Assembly (NCBI GenBank): GCA_023334545.1
Contig: JAADVB010000206.1
Location: 1-34,855, forward strand
DNA length: 34,855 nucleotides
Source: Salisapilia sapeloensis CBS 127946
Taxonomy: Eukaryota > Protista > Oomycota
Direction of reading: 5' to 3'
Part shown: positions 32,287 through 34,855 of the stretch, one piece after another
Layout: every line of letters starts with the position of its first letter
How positions within the stretch are numbered: position 1 is the first letter of the stretch
Notes under the pieces: generated by a model
The model's input: the letters and a program-made list of their open reading frames with translations, nothing else
Databases searched by the model: none
Told to the model about the DNA's origin: nothing
Made by a program: the position numbers and the translations under genes

Positions 32287-33105
32287 TTACTCATCTATGT
32301 CCTGAAGATGATTATCAAATGGAGCTTCTGCCATGGAAGCTGGCATTTTCCATGCTGGAAAACGTGTACCAGCGTCAAGACGAATGTCAGTACCATTGAT
32401 GTATGGGCTTTCCAGAATCTGTTGCGCCAGTAAAGCGTAGTCACTGACTTGGCCGATGCGAAACGGAAATGCAATTGCATCCTTCAGTACGTCTGGAACT
32501 TCATCAAGTGGCACCATCGGCGTATTCACGGTGCTTGGGCTTATGGATACGACTCGAATTCCATAGACTGCAAGATCCCTCGCCATCGGGAGGGACATTC
32601 CTAGCACACCGGCTTTTGAGGCCGAATAGCCTGATATAAACCCAGGTCCATCGTGTGCCGCTGCCGAGGCAGTGTTTATGATAACACCACGTTCGCCTTC
32701 AGAATTTGGCTCGCCTTTCGACATTCGTTCCGCGCCCAAGCGACAAGTATTAAACGTGCCGAACAAGTTGACTTCACATAGACGTTTGAAGTCGTCGTAG
32801 GGGTATGGCCCCGCTGGAGTTACAAGTGGCATACGACTTTCAATCCCAGCGCAATTCACAAGTACGTTAATAGGCTTCCCAAAAGCTTTTTCAGCTTCGT
32901 CCAATGCCTTGGTAACGTCGTCTTCTTTGCTTACATCGCCACAGACAAAGATGGCATTCTTTCCTATGTCACGTGCGACTTCCTCGCCAGTGCTAGAAAG
33001 ATCAAAGATAATCACTCTGGCACCCTGCTTACCAAAACGCATTGCGGTCTCTTTTCCCATGCCAGAGGCACCACCGGTAATCATAGCCACTTTCTTTTCC
33101 ATCAT
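32287..33105 (-). CDS. HSD17B10: HSD17B10-like short-chain dehydrogenase (tandem paralog B), intronless
   Basis: Collinear with paralog A; TGGASGMG, NTASAA, YSASK. ATG at 33105 or 33102; the track's 33150 TTG start lies in the core promoter. Confidence 0.9.
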   Translation of the reverse strand: MMEKKVAMITGGASGMGKETAMRFGKQGARVIIFDLSSTGEEVARDIGKNAIFVCGDVSKEDDVTKALDEAEKAFGKPINVLVNCAGIESRMPLVTPAGPYPYDDFKRLCEVNLFGTFNTCRLGAERMSKGEPNSEGERGVIINTASAAAHDGPGFISGYSASKAGVLGMSLPMARDLAVYGIRVVSISPSTVNTPMVPLDEVPDVLKDAIAFPFRIGQVSDYALLAQQILESPYINGTDIRLDAGTRFPAWKMPASMAEAPFDNHLQDIDE

Positions 33106-33132
33106 GTTTCCTCCCTTACGAAGACCCAAAGA

Positions 33133-33148
33133 AACTTGACGAGTGAGC
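33133..33148 (-). promoter_or_regulatory. Candidate INR/FPR core promoter of SDR paralog B
   Basis: Minus strand GCTCACTCGTCAAGTT, 27 nt upstream of the first ATG, in the same position as the paralog A motif. Confidence 0.6.
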
Positions 33149-34855
33149 AAGTTGTAAAGGGGAGAAAGAGTTCAGAGGATGTGCATAGAAGAAATTGATG
33201 TTCGAACAAATAGATCCTTACAAGAGTACAACAGCACTTCAAGCTAAGTCATGAGTTGGGTACACGAGAAATCGGGGGTACATAAGAAGAGCTAAACCAA
33301 AGCACAAGCGTAATTGCTTGAAGGATATCCATAAACAGAGCTGCCTCGTATTCGCTAGGCAGGAAGCTTCTTTATCTCAGTCGCCAAATGGACCTCGCTT
33401 ATCTTGTGGTACTGGACTGCTACATCGCCAAGGTGGGTCTTACACTCGTTGGATCTTAGTATACTATCCTTTGACACTTTTAGAACTCGAATTGGTTGAT
33501 TGACCTGAGGAACAAAATACCTAAGCTAGTAGTCTATATAACTGCAGTGGTTTTCAGCTTACTCTTACATGCCCAACGGATAGACCAACTCGTTTTGTCC
33601 ATGTTGACCTTAAACAAGAAATGTTGCTATATAAGCTTCTACATCTTAATCATCTTAGCGCGCGGTATACTGTGCTTCAGGGGCTGACTCCGCTTCCTTT
33701 TATGCTGCGCTCCTCAATGCAGATATAATAGAATTGCTCACAAAGCCAGCACGGGTACTGTGCGTGGACGGTTTTACGCCAGTCAGTGTATCTAAAAGGT
33801 CATATCACTGTTCACTTGGTGTGGATACTGCTCTTTAATTATCTTTTTCACGGCTATGGCCGTCGCGATGGTTTTTGCTTCGAACCTGCGCCTAGAATCT
33901 CGTTTCCTGGATGGTGAGGAGGTATACAGCAGTGCCGATGAGCTCCAAGAGCAAATACTACAGACAAGATGCCAAGTAATTGCACGAAGCATACATCTAT
34001 TGCAATTATGGTTCGTGTTCACCAATCCTGAATTAACAGAGGAAGGATAAATGAATATCCTTATACTTATACAAGAAAGTGTTCTATTAGCAAGAGTTCT
34101 GTTTCTGCTTTGATGTTATCTTTCATGCGTACCCCGGCTTTGTCAGTATCTCTGCAAGTTTCGGGTGTAGATGGACGTGAAATCTTGATACTGACTAAAC
34201 TTTTGAATTAGCTGTCTTTGTGTGATGTGCGTCAACGTATTGATAGAAAGCAGAAAACTACTTTGCTCTCTAGCGTCCTCTGAGCATGCCTACGGCTACG
34301 CTGGATGAAGATTGTTTCGTAGTCGCATGAAAGCCTTATTTGCTTGTTCGCTAATTATTCATAGCAAATAGAGTCTAGATCAATTATAACACTGAAATGA
34401 TTCAAACCGTCGTTTAGGTAACCAAGTACCATGCGTTCCGTGGATCTAAGCAGACGTAGTGCAACGTTTCGGGACCTAGTGTCACGGAGCCAAGCCATAT
34501 CTGCTGTATTTCCTTTCGTATCTTTCGACCCCTCTGTGTTAGAGGTACATGTCTACTTCGAGCATTGACCCCATACAAAAGAGCTTCAGAGTATACACGA
34601 TACACGACTTCCAAAGTGTAGGTTGGTGATACTTTATAAAGTACGGAAGCAAACACTGGAAGTAGTCATTATTTAATTTATATGTTAGGCCGTGCACGCT
34701 CTAAATACTGATTCGGCATGATTGGGGATTCACCTTTCGTTATTCTATTCATACAAGTTGAATCGGGCAATTTCGCGTTCGTTGAGAATAGCCGACTGTG
34801 TTTGCCACTTGTCATTAAAAACCTAACGCAACACTTCAATATAGCTTTCCCGCTA

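Noticed and set aside
9742-33105. Enoyl-CoA hydratase and two hydroxyacyl-CoA dehydrogenase-like genes in one window as a beta-oxidation cluster
   Set aside because: They are more than 20 kb apart with unrelated genes between them; co-location is most simply chance.

Overview
Eukaryotic, gene-dense genomic DNA, most likely from an oomycete or a close stramenopile relative. Evidence: short (about 50-70 nt) GT-AG introns, oomycete-type INR/FPR core-promoter motifs, very short intergenic gaps and a flagellar-type coiled-coil gene. About 18 protein-coding genes can be supported: a repeat-containing unknown protein (5'-truncated), a divergent HSF-domain protein, AMPK gamma, an SVIP-like protein, poly(A) polymerase, enoyl-CoA hydratase, an HPS5/TECPR2-family protein with a C-terminal RING-H2, a membrane alpha/beta hydrolase, an outer dynein arm docking complex-like protein, CDK10, RPAP2/Rtr1, a Ubc12-like E2 lacking its catalytic Cys, a basic 130-aa unknown protein, NEPRO/Rmp1, a small two-Cys-cluster protein, Nup62 and two tandem HSD17B10-like SDRs. 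I spliced the exons by hand. Many starts in the supplied ORF track are bacterial-style TTG/GTG/CTG starts and were corrected. I found no rRNA, tRNA, CRISPR array or intact mobile element, and no clear new multi-gene system. The best leads are single genes: the pseudo-E2, the HSF with an altered recognition helix and a repeated motif, the HPS5/TECPR2-RING architecture, the small Cys-cluster protein, and the duplicated core promoter of an SDR paralog. All family calls are from motif recall, not database searches.
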